This document shows, piece by piece, positions 39,481 through 48,054 of a DNA stretch of 64,000 bases. The translations under genes and the position numbers were made by a program. Every line of letters starts with the position of its first letter. Position 1 is the first letter of the stretch. Source of the stretch: an uncultured Chloroflexia bacterium (GTDB lineage Bacteria; Chloroflexota; Limnocylindria; Limnocylindrales; CSP1-4); contig CAWFND010000017.1 of assembly GCA_963817095.1 (NCBI GenBank), positions 230,451 to 294,450 on the forward strand, written 5' to 3'. Under the pieces are notes generated by a model that saw nothing but the letters and a program-made list of their open reading frames with translations, was not told where the DNA came from and made no database searches.

Positions 39481-40400
39481 TTGGTCAGCTTCAGGACGTA
39501 CGTCCCGAGATAGCGCGGGCAGCCGTTGTTCGCGCACGAGGTCACCGACGTGGCGGCGCTCGTGAACGAGCTCAGGAAGTAGCCGTTGATGTGCTTGGAC
39601 GAGCCACCGCTCGCGCTGTTCACGTGGAACGTCCCCCAACCCATGAAGTTGCCGCTGGCGTCGACAACTGGGACCGGCAGGTCCTTACCTGACAGGTAGG
39701 TGTCGACGTCGCTGAACAGGGCCGTGTGGTTGCCGTTGTTGTGCTGGCCGATGTATTCGCCATACGTCAGGGTGGCGTTGATCGTCGTGGACCCGTCGAT
39801 GATCGATCGCACCTCGGAGGTGTTCACATTGCCGGTACCGTAGTTCGTCCACGCAATGTCGAGGTCGTTGATCGGGACATCGCCATTGCCGTCGCCGAAG
39901 TCCGTTGCGGTCTGGTATTTGGGCGTGCCGTCGTTGTTGAAGGCGCTGATCGAGAAGACGAAGGGCGCCGCTCCTGATGCCGAATCCGGGAAGCCGGCGA
40001 GGGCGGTGGCGCTCGTCGTCACGTTCCAGCTGCTCATGCCGATCGCGCCGAGGAACGAGTTCCGGTGGGGCGAGTTGATCGTCACCAGGACCTCGACGCC
40101 GTTGCTCGTGTCGATGGTGACTCCGACGGCGGTCGAGCCGCTGCCGTCAGTGAAGTCGTTGGTGGCCGCGACCGTCCGGGCCCGGGTCGTGGCCTGGGCC
40201 GAGTCGTTGCTCAGGAGGTAGTCGTTCGCAGCGGCGAGGGCCGACAGGTCGGCCGCGGTCTGCTGATCACGGCGCTGGGCGTAGGCCCCGCCGCCGTCGA
40301 TCGCCAGCCCGACGATGCCGATGATCGCCACCATCGCGAGGACGAACACGACGAGGATCTGACCGCCATTCCCGTGACGGCCCGACGGGTGTCCGGACAT
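39477..40400 (-). CDS. TadG-like (Tad_N / TadE-G-like) pilus-associated protein
   Basis: 307 aa. The N-terminus GQILVVFVLAMVAIIGIVGLAIDGGGAYAQRRDQQTAADLSALAAA matches the Flp-pilus TadE/G-like N-terminal module. Its stop overlaps the coaE stop (convergent genes). Confidence 0.75.
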   Translation of the reverse strand: MSGHPSGRHGNGGQILVVFVLAMVAIIGIVGLAIDGGGAYAQRRDQQTAADLSALAAANDYLLSNDSAQATTRARTVAATNDFTDGSGSTAVGVTIDTSNGVEVLVTINSPHRNSFLGAIGMSSWNVTTSATALAGFPDSASGAAPFVFSISAFNNDGTPKYQTATDFGDGNGDVPINDLDIAWTNYGTGNVNTSEVRSIIDGSTTINATLTYGEYIGQHNNGNHTALFSDVDTYLSGKDLPVPVVDASGNFMGWGTFHVNSASGGSSKHINGYFLSSFTSAATSVTSCANNGCPRYLGTYVLKLTN

Positions 40401-40415
40401 GGTCGCTCCCTCTGA

Positions 40416-40838
40416 TCACTGGATCTTGGCGCTGCTGGCGGTGGTGAACGTGAACGTCCCGAATGCACTGAGGATCGGGAGGATCGGCTGGAACGACGTC
40501 CGGACCGAGACCTTGACCCAGTTGCCCGGGGTGCAGCTCCCTGACACGCTGGCCCCGGCGATGTCGATGCAGGCGTAGGAGGTCACGCTCAGGCCGGGGA
40601 CCAGGGCGCGCTCCGCGCCGACGGCATTCGTCGTCTCGGTGCTGCCGCCCAGCGTGGTCGTCCCGGGATGGACGCTCGTCACGCGCGCGATCTCGCGCGC
40701 CGCGTCGGACACGCCATTGAACAGCCACGCTGCGCGGGCGAGGTCGACGAGCCCGATCAGGATCGTCAGGAACACGGTGATCCCGAGGGCGAACTCGACG
40801 AGGCTCTGGCCGCGGGCACGCGATCGTCGCCGCCGCAT
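40416..40838 (-). CDS. TadE-like pseudopilin
   Basis: The ATG at 40836-40838 shares one base with the stop of the upstream gene (TGATG). The track start at 40841 is a TTG. GQSLVEFALGITVFLTILIGLVDLARAAW is the TadE-like N-terminal motif. 140 aa. Confidence 0.75.
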   Translation of the reverse strand: MRRRRSRARGQSLVEFALGITVFLTILIGLVDLARAAWLFNGVSDAAREIARVTSVHPGTTTLGGSTETTNAVGAERALVPGLSVTSYACIDIAGASVSGSCTPGNWVKVSVRTSFQPILPILSAFGTFTFTTASSAKIQ

Positions 40839-41782
40839 CAATTCGTCACCGTCACGACGCGGCTGCGCGTCGCGTTACCGCCGAAGTTCGACACGACGAG
40901 CGTGATCGTGTAGTCGCCCTGGCTCTGGTACTGGTGGATCGGGTTCTGCAGCGTCGAGGTCGAGGAAGCGCCGGCGCCGTCGCCGAAGTTCCACGACCAC
41001 GTCAGAGGACATTGAGCGGTGGTCGTCGACAGGTCCGTGAACTGGAAGTCGGTCTTCTTCTTCTTGCCGCTCGACGGCGAAAACGTGAAGTCAGCCGTCG
41101 GCGAGACGCAGAACGGCGTCGGGGTCGGGGTGGGAGCGAGAGTCGGCGTCGGGGTCGGGGTCGGCGCCCGGATCTGGCGTGGGCGTGGGCGTCGGGCGTC
41201 GGGCTCGGGGTCGGGAGTCGGCGTCGGGATAGGCGTGGGCGTCGGCGTCGGGGTCGGCGAGGCGCCGGAGATGTTCGGCCGGACGTCGATCTGGGCAGCC
41301 GCGCTCTGCGTCAACGTGATGGAGGTCCCGCCGAAGAACATCGACAGCAGGGGCGTCAGGAGCGTGAAGTGCCCGACGACGCGGACCTGGACGGTGTTGC
41401 CGAGACCTTCGGCGCACGGGGACGGGGTGCAGGCGAGCGTGACGTCGGACGGGGAGATCGAGAAGAACGACCCGCTGGACTCGGTCAGGACCGCGCACAT
41501 CACCCGGTTCGTCGAGGCGTTGCAGGCCGCGCCGGAGGTGAACGAGGCCGGGTTGGCGGCCGCCTCGAGCGCCCCCGCGCGGGCGGCGCTCTCGATCGCC
41601 ACCTGGGAGTGGAAGATCCGGGCGAGGTCCGCGCCCGCGGCAAACAGGACGAGGAGGACCGGCAGGATGACGGCCAGCTCGACGATCGCCTGGCCACGCG
41701 GACGGCCGGACGCGAACGGGCGTCGGAGCCCGCCGCGGCGGGGGGAGGCCGGGGAGTCAGTCAGGCGCACGTGTGAAGGCAT
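40838..41782 (-). CDS. TadE-like pseudopilin fused through a Pro/Thr linker to a C-terminal PKD domain
   Basis: 314 aa. TadE motif GQAIVELAVILPVLLVLFAAGADLARIF, then a (PT)n linker, then a PKD signature FTFSPSSG...WSWNFGDGAGASS...HQYQSQGDYTITLVVSN. Confidence 0.75.
   Translation of the reverse strand: MPSHVRLTDSPASPRRGGLRRPFASGRPRGQAIVELAVILPVLLVLFAAGADLARIFHSQVAIESAARAGALEAAANPASFTSGAACNASTNRVMCAVLTESSGSFFSISPSDVTLACTPSPCAEGLGNTVQVRVVGHFTLLTPLLSMFFGGTSITLTQSAAAQIDVRPNISGASPTPTPTPTPIPTPTPDPEPDARRPRPRQIRAPTPTPTPTLAPTPTPTPFCVSPTADFTFSPSSGKKKKTDFQFTDLSTTTAQCPLTWSWNFGDGAGASSTSTLQNPIHQYQSQGDYTITLVVSNFGGNATRSRVVTVTN
41115..41258 (-). repeat. Imperfect tandem repeat coding the Pro/Thr linker
   Basis: Reiterated GGCGTCGGGGTCGGGG-like units on the plus strand, which encode (PT)n on the minus strand. 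Confidence 0.6.
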
Positions 41783-41967
41783 CGACGGGGTTCATCTCGT
41801 CAAGTTGGTGCCAACACACCCTGGTCGGATGGTCAGGCATCAGGACTCTATGGCTCGACCGCGCCCTGGATAAGGGGGTCGGGCTGGGTCATTCGTACCA
41901 ACGGCAGGCATCAACTTGCCGACCGGGGGGACGGCGGGTCCGGCGATGCCGCGCCGAACCCGGAGCG

Positions 41968-43005
41968 TCAAGGGGCTGCGGGGCTGCCGGACGCCGTGGG
42001 AGCGGTCGGGCTCGGGAACGGCGTCGGCGCGACGATCGGCGGTGCCGTCGGGATGGGTCCGTTCCCGACCGGATAGTTCTGCGGGATGGGCAGACCGTAC
42101 TTCTGGATGATCCGGTTCGTCGTCTCGCCGAGGGCGGACGCATCGACCTCGCGACTGTCGGTGTCGGGCCGGAGGACCATGCTCATCGTCGCCGTTCCGA
42201 CCGCCTGCAGATGGGCCAGCTCCTCGGCCATGCCGATCGGTGCTTTCACGATGTAGAAGGCGTCCTTGCGAGCGAGGAGCAGGACGTTCTGATAGACGAT
42301 CTTCGTCGAGCGGTCGGTCGTGAACTTGCCCTGGAGGGCGATGTCCTGGGGGACGTTGACGACGGCCGTGACGAAGACGTCGACCGTCTCGCCGGCCTTC
42401 AGCAGCCCACCGACAGCGAGGTCGTCGGGGACCGTGATCGACACGGCACGCCAGGCCTCGCTGCCCGGCCCGACGGACTCCTCCGGCCCGAGGATCGAGA
42501 ACCCGTCGCCGGCCTGCGAGGAGGCCAGCATGTTCTGCGTGACGGGCTGGTTCTGGAGGATCGTCACCGCCGGGATCCGGCCGATGACCTGGGCCGGGTC
42601 GGTCACGACGCCGTTCTCGTTCGTCGGATCGAGCGGGACGTCGCGGACGGCGACGTCCTCGGCGACGATCGCCTGGCGAGCGGGGATCGCACGGACCGCG
42701 ACGACGATCGCCACCTTCTGGAGGTCACCCTGGCCTGCCTGCTGGTTGGCCTGGTTCACGAGGTAGAAGGCAGCGCCGCCGGCCACGACGGCCAGGACCA
42801 GCCCGATGACGATGATGAACTTTCCTCGGCGGCGATCGTCGTGGAATTCCAGATCAATGCCCGACCTTTCCCTTGCGACCGGCGGGCGCGGGTGTTTCCG
42901 CCCTGGGTCGACGATCGTTTCGCGAATCGCGTCCGGCACCACCCGTCGCGGAGACCGGGGTGTGGACGATGTGCACCGGGGATGCTCGCGCTCGTCCGGC
43001 GTCAC
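41968..43005 (-). CDS. cpaB: Flp pilus assembly protein CpaB (SAF domain); start uncertain
   Basis: TM anchor FIIVIGLVLAVVAGGAAFYLV, a SAF-like segment VAVRAIPARQAIVAEDVAVRDVP, and an RcpC/CpaB-like body. The track start (GTG 43005) adds ~60 non-conserved aa. No good ATG or GTG lies closer to the TM segment. Confidence 0.72.
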   Translation of the reverse strand: MTPDEREHPRCTSSTPRSPRRVVPDAIRETIVDPGRKHPRPPVARERSGIDLEFHDDRRRGKFIIVIGLVLAVVAGGAAFYLVNQANQQAGQGDLQKVAIVVAVRAIPARQAIVAEDVAVRDVPLDPTNENGVVTDPAQVIGRIPAVTILQNQPVTQNMLASSQAGDGFSILGPEESVGPGSEAWRAVSITVPDDLAVGGLLKAGETVDVFVTAVVNVPQDIALQGKFTTDRSTKIVYQNVLLLARKDAFYIVKAPIGMAEELAHLQAVGTATMSMVLRPDTDSREVDASALGETTNRIIQKYGLPIPQNYPVGNGPIPTAPPIVAPTPFPSPTAPTASGSPAAP

Positions 43006-43077
43006 CGGAATAGCCCGGTCGTCCCACCCGGTCCCAGCCGCAGGTCACCTGACCGCCGTCGACCGTTGCAGCGAACC

Positions 43078-43091
43078 GGAACATCTGTTCG
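43078..43091. promoter_or_regulatory. LexA (SOS) box of the Cheo type upstream of uvrB
   Basis: GGAACATCTGTTCG matches CGAAC-N4-GTTCG at 9 of 10 specified positions (perfect GAAC-N4-GTTC core). It lies 30 bp upstream of the uvrB ATG (43121). uvrB is a classical SOS gene. Confidence 0.6.
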
Positions 43092-43120
43092 AAATGGGCG
43101 GGGTCGTCTAGAATTCGACG

Positions 43121-45496
43121 ATGCCCGACTTCCGTCTCGTCGCCCCGTTCCAACCGACCGGCGATCAGCCGCTCGCGATCGATCGCCTCGTGGACGGGCT
43201 CGCCGGCGGCCTGAAGCACCAGACGCTGCTCGGCGCGACCGGCACCGGCAAGACCTTCACGATCGCCTCCGCGATCGAGAAGCACAACAAGCCGACGCTC
43301 GTCCTGGCCCACAACAAGACGTTGGCCGCCCAGCTGTATGCCGAGTTCCGCGAGTTCTTCCCGGACAACGCGGTCGAGTACTTCGTGAGCTACTTCGACT
43401 ACTACCAGCCGGAGGCCTACCTGCCGCGGAGTGACACGTACATCGAGAAGGACTCGTCACGGAACGACGAGATCGACCGGCTCCGGCACGCGGCAACCCA
43501 TGCGCTCTTCGAGCGGCGCGACGTGATCATCGTGGCATCGGTCTCGTGCATCTACGGTCTCGGCGCCCCCGTCGACTACGGCGCCACCGTCCTCCGCCTC
43601 CGCCAGGGCGGGTCGTATCGCCGGGACACCGTGCTCCGCCAGCTCGTCGACCTCCAGTACCAGCGCAACGACCAGGCCCTCCAGCGAGCCCGCTTCCGGG
43701 TCCGCGGCGACACGCTCGAGTTCCAGCCGGCGTCGGAGGAGACCCTCGTCCGCGTGGAGTTCTTCGGCGACGAGGTCGAGCGGATCACGGAGGTCGACCC
43801 GCTGACCGGCGAGCTGCTCGCCGAGCGCCGCGAGGTCAACGTCTATCCGGCCAGCCACTACGTGACCCCTGCCGACAAGCTGAAGCTCGCGATCGTCGAC
43901 ATCGAGGCGGAGATGGAGGAGCGCGTGGGCCAGCTGGAGGTCGAGGGACGGGTCCTCGAGGGCGCACGGCTCCGGCAGCGGACGACCTTCGACCTCGAGA
44001 TGATGCGGGAGCTCGGGTTCTGCACGGGCATCGAGAACTACTCGCGCCATCTGTCGCGGCGCGAGGCCGGCTCCCGGCCGTGGACCCTCCTCGACTACTT
44101 CCCGCCGGACTGGCTGCTCGTCGTGGACGAGTCGCACATGACGATCCCCCAGGTCGTCGGCATGTACAAGAACGACCGGACGCGGAAGGAGATCCTCGTC
44201 GACTTCGGGTTCCGCCTGCCGTCGGCGCTGGACAATCGGCCGCTGACGTTCGACGAGTTCGAGGGACACCTGAACCAGGTGGTCCACATGTCGGCGACCC
44301 CCGGCCCGTACGAGCACGAGCGAAGCCAGCGCATCGTCGAGCAGCTGATCCGGCCGACCGGCGTCGTCGACCCGCGGATCGAGGTCCGCCCGACGGATGG
44401 CCAGATCGACGACCTGATGGAGGAGATCCGCCAGCTCACCGAACGCGGCGAGCGCGCGCTGGTCACGACGCTGACGAAGAAGATGGCCGAGGACCTCGCC
44501 GACTACCTCAAGGAGCTCGGGGTCAAGGTCCAATACCTCCACAGCGAGGTGGACACGCTCGAGCGGGTCGCGATCCTCCGCGACCTCCGGCTCGGCGTCT
44601 TCGACGTCCTCGTCGGCATCAACCTCCTGCGCGAGGGGATCGACCTCCCGGAGGTGACCCTCGTCGCGATTCTCGACGCCGACAAGGAGGGCTTCCTCCG
44701 GAGCTCGTGGTCGCTCATCCAGATGATCGGACGGGCGGCCCGGAACATCGGCGGCAAGGTCGTGATGTACGCCGACCGGACGACCGAATCGATGGCGGCG
44801 GCGATCGACGAGACGGACCGCCGGCGCGGGATCCAGGAGGCCTACAACCGGAAGAACGGGATCGAGCCGACGACGATCGTCAAGGAGATCCACGACCTCA
44901 ACGAGCGCCTCCGGTACGTCGCCGAGTCCACGGTCGTCTACACGTCCGAGCGCCAGGAGCTCGCCGGCCGGGCGCTGACGCTCGAGAACACCGCGGCGAT
45001 CGAGAAGCTCGTCGCCAGGATGGAGACGGAGATGCGGTCCGCGGCCCGCGAGCTCGACTTCGAGCGCGCGGCGGCCCTCCGCGACGAGGTCCAGGCGATC
45101 CGGCTGCGGGTCCTCGAACAGGACGAATCGATCGTCGTCGGCCGGGCCGCGGAGCGAGCGGCGTCGACCCGGAGCGCCGGCCTTGTCGGCGCCGCGGATC
45201 GGAAGCGCACGGCCCGGGCCGGCGAGGCACGCGCCGAGCTGCCAGCCTTCGAGGTGACGAGCGTCACTGTGCTGCCGGCGGAGGAGGAGCCGTCGGACAC
45301 GCTCGACGCCGATCCCCACGGCGACGCGGACGAAGAGACGGACCGGAACACGGCGAGCGACTGGCTGCCCGGGATCCGCGACGAGCACGAAGACGAGGGG
45401 CGCGGTGCGGCCTGGCGCGACCGGCCCACGTGGGACCGGTCCGTGACCCCGAACGTCCGTCGCCGGTCCGGATCCCGCCCAGCCCGCCGCCGCTGA
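43121..45496 (+). CDS. uvrB: Excinuclease ABC subunit B with a ~120-aa acidic/Arg-rich C-terminal tail
   Basis: 791 aa. Contains [24 protein letters not shown], helicase motifs and a UVR domain ([13 protein letters not shown]). Confidence 0.96.
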   Translation: MPDFRLVAPFQPTGDQPLAIDRLVDGLAGGLKHQTLLGATGTGKTFTIASAIEKHNKPTLVLAHNKTLAAQLYAEFREFFPDNAVEYFVSYFDYYQPEAYLPRSDTYIEKDSSRNDEIDRLRHAATHALFERRDVIIVASVSCIYGLGAPVDYGATVLRLRQGGSYRRDTVLRQLVDLQYQRNDQALQRARFRVRGDTLEFQPASEETLVRVEFFGDEVERITEVDPLTGELLAERREVNVYPASHYVTPADKLKLAIVDIEAEMEERVGQLEVEGRVLEGARLRQRTTFDLEMMRELGFCTGIENYSRHLSRREAGSRPWTLLDYFPPDWLLVVDESHMTIPQVVGMYKNDRTRKEILVDFGFRLPSALDNRPLTFDEFEGHLNQVVHMSATPGPYEHERSQRIVEQLIRPTGVVDPRIEVRPTDGQIDDLMEEIRQLTERGERALVTTLTKKMAEDLADYLKELGVKVQYLHSEVDTLERVAILRDLRLGVFDVLVGINLLREGIDLPEVTLVAILDADKEGFLRSSWSLIQMIGRAARNIGGKVVMYADRTTESMAAAIDETDRRRGIQEAYNRKNGIEPTTIVKEIHDLNERLRYVAESTVVYTSERQELAGRALTLENTAAIEKLVARMETEMRSAARELDFERAAALRDEVQAIRLRVLEQDESIVVGRAAERAASTRSAGLVGAADRKRTARAGEARAELPAFEVTSVTVLPAEEEPSDTLDADPHGDADEETDRNTASDWLPGIRDEHEDEGRGAAWRDRPTWDRSVTPNVRRRSGSRPARRR

Positions 45497-45589
45497 GCCG
45501 GTCGACCAGCCGCCCCGTTCCGGCCCGTTCCCAGGTCTAGACTGGGTGAAAGCCCAGCGTGGCTCGGAGAGGGAAGGGGAGGTCCACCG

Positions 45590-46129
45590 ATGTCCGCGAT
45601 CCGCGTTCGTCTTGCATTCCTGGCCGTCATCGTCGTCGTGCTCGCCGCGTGCGGTGGTGCCGGCGGCGCGACGTCGGACCCCGCCAGCTCGGTCAAGGCC
45701 GCCTTCGACGCGGCCGCATCCGGTGGCCTGGCGAAGCTCGATGACTTCGCCTGCGCGGCACAGAAGGGCAAGCTCGCGGAGGCGTTCGGCGGCGCCGCCG
45801 GGGCCGGGCCCCTGGAGAGTGCGGGCGTGAACATGACCGACATGCTGAACGCGATGACCGTGAAGTTCGACAACGTCACGACGACGGAATCGAGCCGAAC
45901 GGACACGAACGCGACCGTCCACGTCACCGGCAACATGACGATCACGGTGGACCCCGCGAAGTTCAAGCCGATCCTCAAGGCGATGATGGCCGCGCAGGGC
46001 GCACCGGTCGACGACGCGACGATCGACGCGGCGATGACTGCGATGTCGAGCACCCTCTCGAAATCCCAGCCCCTCGATCAGGACGTCAAGGTGGTCAACG
46101 AAGGCGGGAAGTGGCTGATCTGCGCGTGA
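45590..46129 (+). CDS. Predicted lipoprotein, unknown function
   Basis: GGGGAGG lies 7 nt before the ATG. MSAIRVRLAFLAVIVVVLAACGG contains a lipobox. 179 aa. Confidence 0.6.
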   Translation: MSAIRVRLAFLAVIVVVLAACGGAGGATSDPASSVKAAFDAAASGGLAKLDDFACAAQKGKLAEAFGGAAGAGPLESAGVNMTDMLNAMTVKFDNVTTTESSRTDTNATVHVTGNMTITVDPAKFKPILKAMMAAQGAPVDDATIDAAMTAMSSTLSKSQPLDQDVKVVNEGGKWLICA

Positions 46130-46315
46130 TCACCGGGGCCTGACCAGCCACGCCGCGGGACGGCCCCACCGCGCGATCGTGGTGCTGCGCCGCACCAGAA
46201 GGGGGCGCACCGCATTGCCCTTCTCCCCTCCGGACTGATACTGACCGCACAGGGCACGGAGTTCGGCGGGTGTGGGCGGACCCGCGGCCGCCCTCCGTGC
46301 AGGTCAGAGGGTCCG

Positions 46316-46696
46316 ATGTCATCCATCCGGTACGTCGTCACCCGACCCAGCGAAGCTGCCCCACGACGGACGCCGCAGAACGCGGCGTTGATCCTCGCGG
46401 TCGTGACGGCCACGGCGGCCCAGTTGCTCGACCTCGGGACGTTCGTCCGGATGGTGTCGATGCACGGCGCGGAGGTCGAGGGCAACCCAATGGTCGCCCA
46501 TCTCCTGTCGGAGCTCGGTGTGCCGTTCGTGGCCGTGATGAAGCTCGCGGGATTGAGCCTGGTCATCGCCGTGATCGCCGTTCTCGCCTCGGGCGACCGG
46601 CGACCATCGCATCTCCGGTTGGCCGCCGGGGTCGCAGCGTTCGCGATCGTCGCCGGCGTGTTCGGCGCCTGGACGAACGCCAGCGTCATCCTCTGA
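46316..46696 (+). CDS. Small polytopic membrane protein, unknown function
   Basis: 126 aa with 3-4 hydrophobic helices. Its 3' end overlaps the convergent sigma-factor gene by 11 nt. Confidence 0.5.
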   Translation: MSSIRYVVTRPSEAAPRRTPQNAALILAVVTATAAQLLDLGTFVRMVSMHGAEVEGNPMVAHLLSELGVPFVAVMKLAGLSLVIAVIAVLASGDRRPSHLRLAAGVAAFAIVAGVFGAWTNASVIL

Positions 46697-47231
46697 GTCC
46701 CCAGGCGGGGTCGGAGGCGACGAGTCGCTCCCGGAGCCGGCCGCGCGCACGACAGAGCAGGGCCCGGGTGGCCAGCTCCGTCCGTCCGAGACGGTCGCCG
46801 ATCTCCTGAGCCCGGAAGCCCTGGGCAGCCAGCAGCATCGCCGTCCGGTCATCCCGAGACGCGCCTTCCAGCGCGTCCACCAGGGTTCGATCCCGCTCGC
46901 GGCGGACGATCGCGTCCTCGGTTGCGGGCATGACGTCGCGGTCTGCGAGGCGGTCGAGGGCCCGTTCGCTCACCGCGCGCCGCCGGGCGGCGCTCACGAC
47001 GAGGTTATGGGCGACCCGGCGGATCCATGCGCCGGGTGCATCGGGCATCTGGCCGGCGCGGGCGACGACCATCAGCCGGACGAAGGCCTCCTGGCAGATG
47101 TCCGCGGCCTCGTCCGGATCGCGGACGAGGGACTGCACGTAGCGCTGGACCGAGGACGCCTCTGCCGCGTACCACTCCGCGACCAGCTGATCGGTCGTCT
47201 CGCAACGAGTCCCGGTGTCGAGCGTCTCCAT
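46686..47231 (-). CDS. ECF-type sigma-70 family sigma factor
   Basis: 181 aa. Region 2 (VQRYVQSLVRDPDEAADICQEAFVRL) and region 4 (RTAMLLAAQGFRAQEIGDRLGRTELATRALLCRARGRL) are present. Confidence 0.85.
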   Translation of the reverse strand: METLDTGTRCETTDQLVAEWYAAEASSVQRYVQSLVRDPDEAADICQEAFVRLMVVARAGQMPDAPGAWIRRVAHNLVVSAARRRAVSERALDRLADRDVMPATEDAIVRRERDRTLVDALEGASRDDRTAMLLAAQGFRAQEIGDRLGRTELATRALLCRARGRLRERLVASDPAWGLRG

Positions 47232-47358
47232 CGAAACCTACCCCTCGAGTGGCCGCTCGGCGGCGGCCTGGGGCAGGTATCCGGCGCCCGATGTCCCGGG
47301 CACATCGGGCTGGTGTCCCGGTCACCCGGGCAGGACATCGGGCAGGTGCGGCGACGCC

Positions 47359-48054
47359 TCAGTCCGGGCCGGCGTCGCGACCGAGACCCGCCTCGCGAGC
47401 TCGGACGATCGCCTGCGACCGATCGGCGACACGCAGCTTGTTGAAGACGCTGGCGACGTGGTTGCGGACGGTCTTGTCGCTGATCCCGAGACGGGCGGCG
47501 ATCTCGGCGTTCGACCGCCCCTGGGCGATCAGCTCGAGGACCTCGTCCTCGCGGGCCGTCAGCTCGGGGAACGGCTCCGTGGCCCGCTGCCTGGGCGCCG
47601 CGAAGAACGCCTGCAGGCGCGTCGCGATCGACTCGCCGAAGATCACGTCACCGACGGCGGCCGCCTCGATCGCCCGCAGCAGGTCGTCGCTGTCGGCGTC
47701 CTTCGGGAGATAGCCGCGGGCGCCTGCGCGCATCGCGCCGAACAGCGATTCGTCGTCCTCGGACATCGTCAGGATCAGGACCCGGGTGTCCGGCAGGTCG
47801 CGGAGGATCTCGCGGGTCGCCTCGATCCCGCTCATCTCGGGCATCCGGAGATCCATCAGCACGACATCCGGCGCGGTCGAGCGCACGACCTCGACCGCCT
47901 CGCGGCCGGTCGCCGCCTCGCCCACAAGCTCGAGCCTCGGTGACCGGGCGGCGAGCGCGCGGAGCCCGTCGCGGTAGAGCGGATGGTCGTCGGCGACGAC
48001 GATCCGGATCGGTTGCCCGGTCGGGGACGTGGACACGGAGTCCGAAGTGGTCAC
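47359..48054 (-). CDS. NarL/LuxR-family response regulator
   Basis: Receiver domain (IVVADDHPLYRDGL...DVVLMDLRMPEMSG) plus a LuxR HTH (LTAREDEVLELIAQGRSNAEIAARLGISDKTVRNHV). The GTG start overlaps the kinase stop. Confidence 0.92.
   Translation of the reverse strand: MTTSDSVSTSPTGQPIRIVVADDHPLYRDGLRALAARSPRLELVGEAATGREAVEVVRSTAPDVVLMDLRMPEMSGIEATREILRDLPDTRVLILTMSEDDESLFGAMRAGARGYLPKDADSDDLLRAIEAAAVGDVIFGESIATRLQAFFAAPRQRATEPFPELTAREDEVLELIAQGRSNAEIAARLGISDKTVRNHVASVFNKLRVADRSQAIVRAREAGLGRDAGPD

Noticed and set aside
41115-41258. Tandem repeats at 41115-41258, 58101-58160 and 63327-63362 as possible CRISPR arrays or other non-coding arrays.
   Set aside because: All lie inside ORFs and code Pro/Thr/Ser/Ala linkers. 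There is no repeat-spacer architecture, and I saw no cas genes in the window.
41783-41967. A possible hidden flp pilin gene in the gap between cpaB and the TadE-PKD gene.
   Set aside because: I translated all three minus-strand frames. There are only short ORFs (23 aa or less from an ATG). None has a Flp-like hydrophobic segment or the G/E-Y-type motif.
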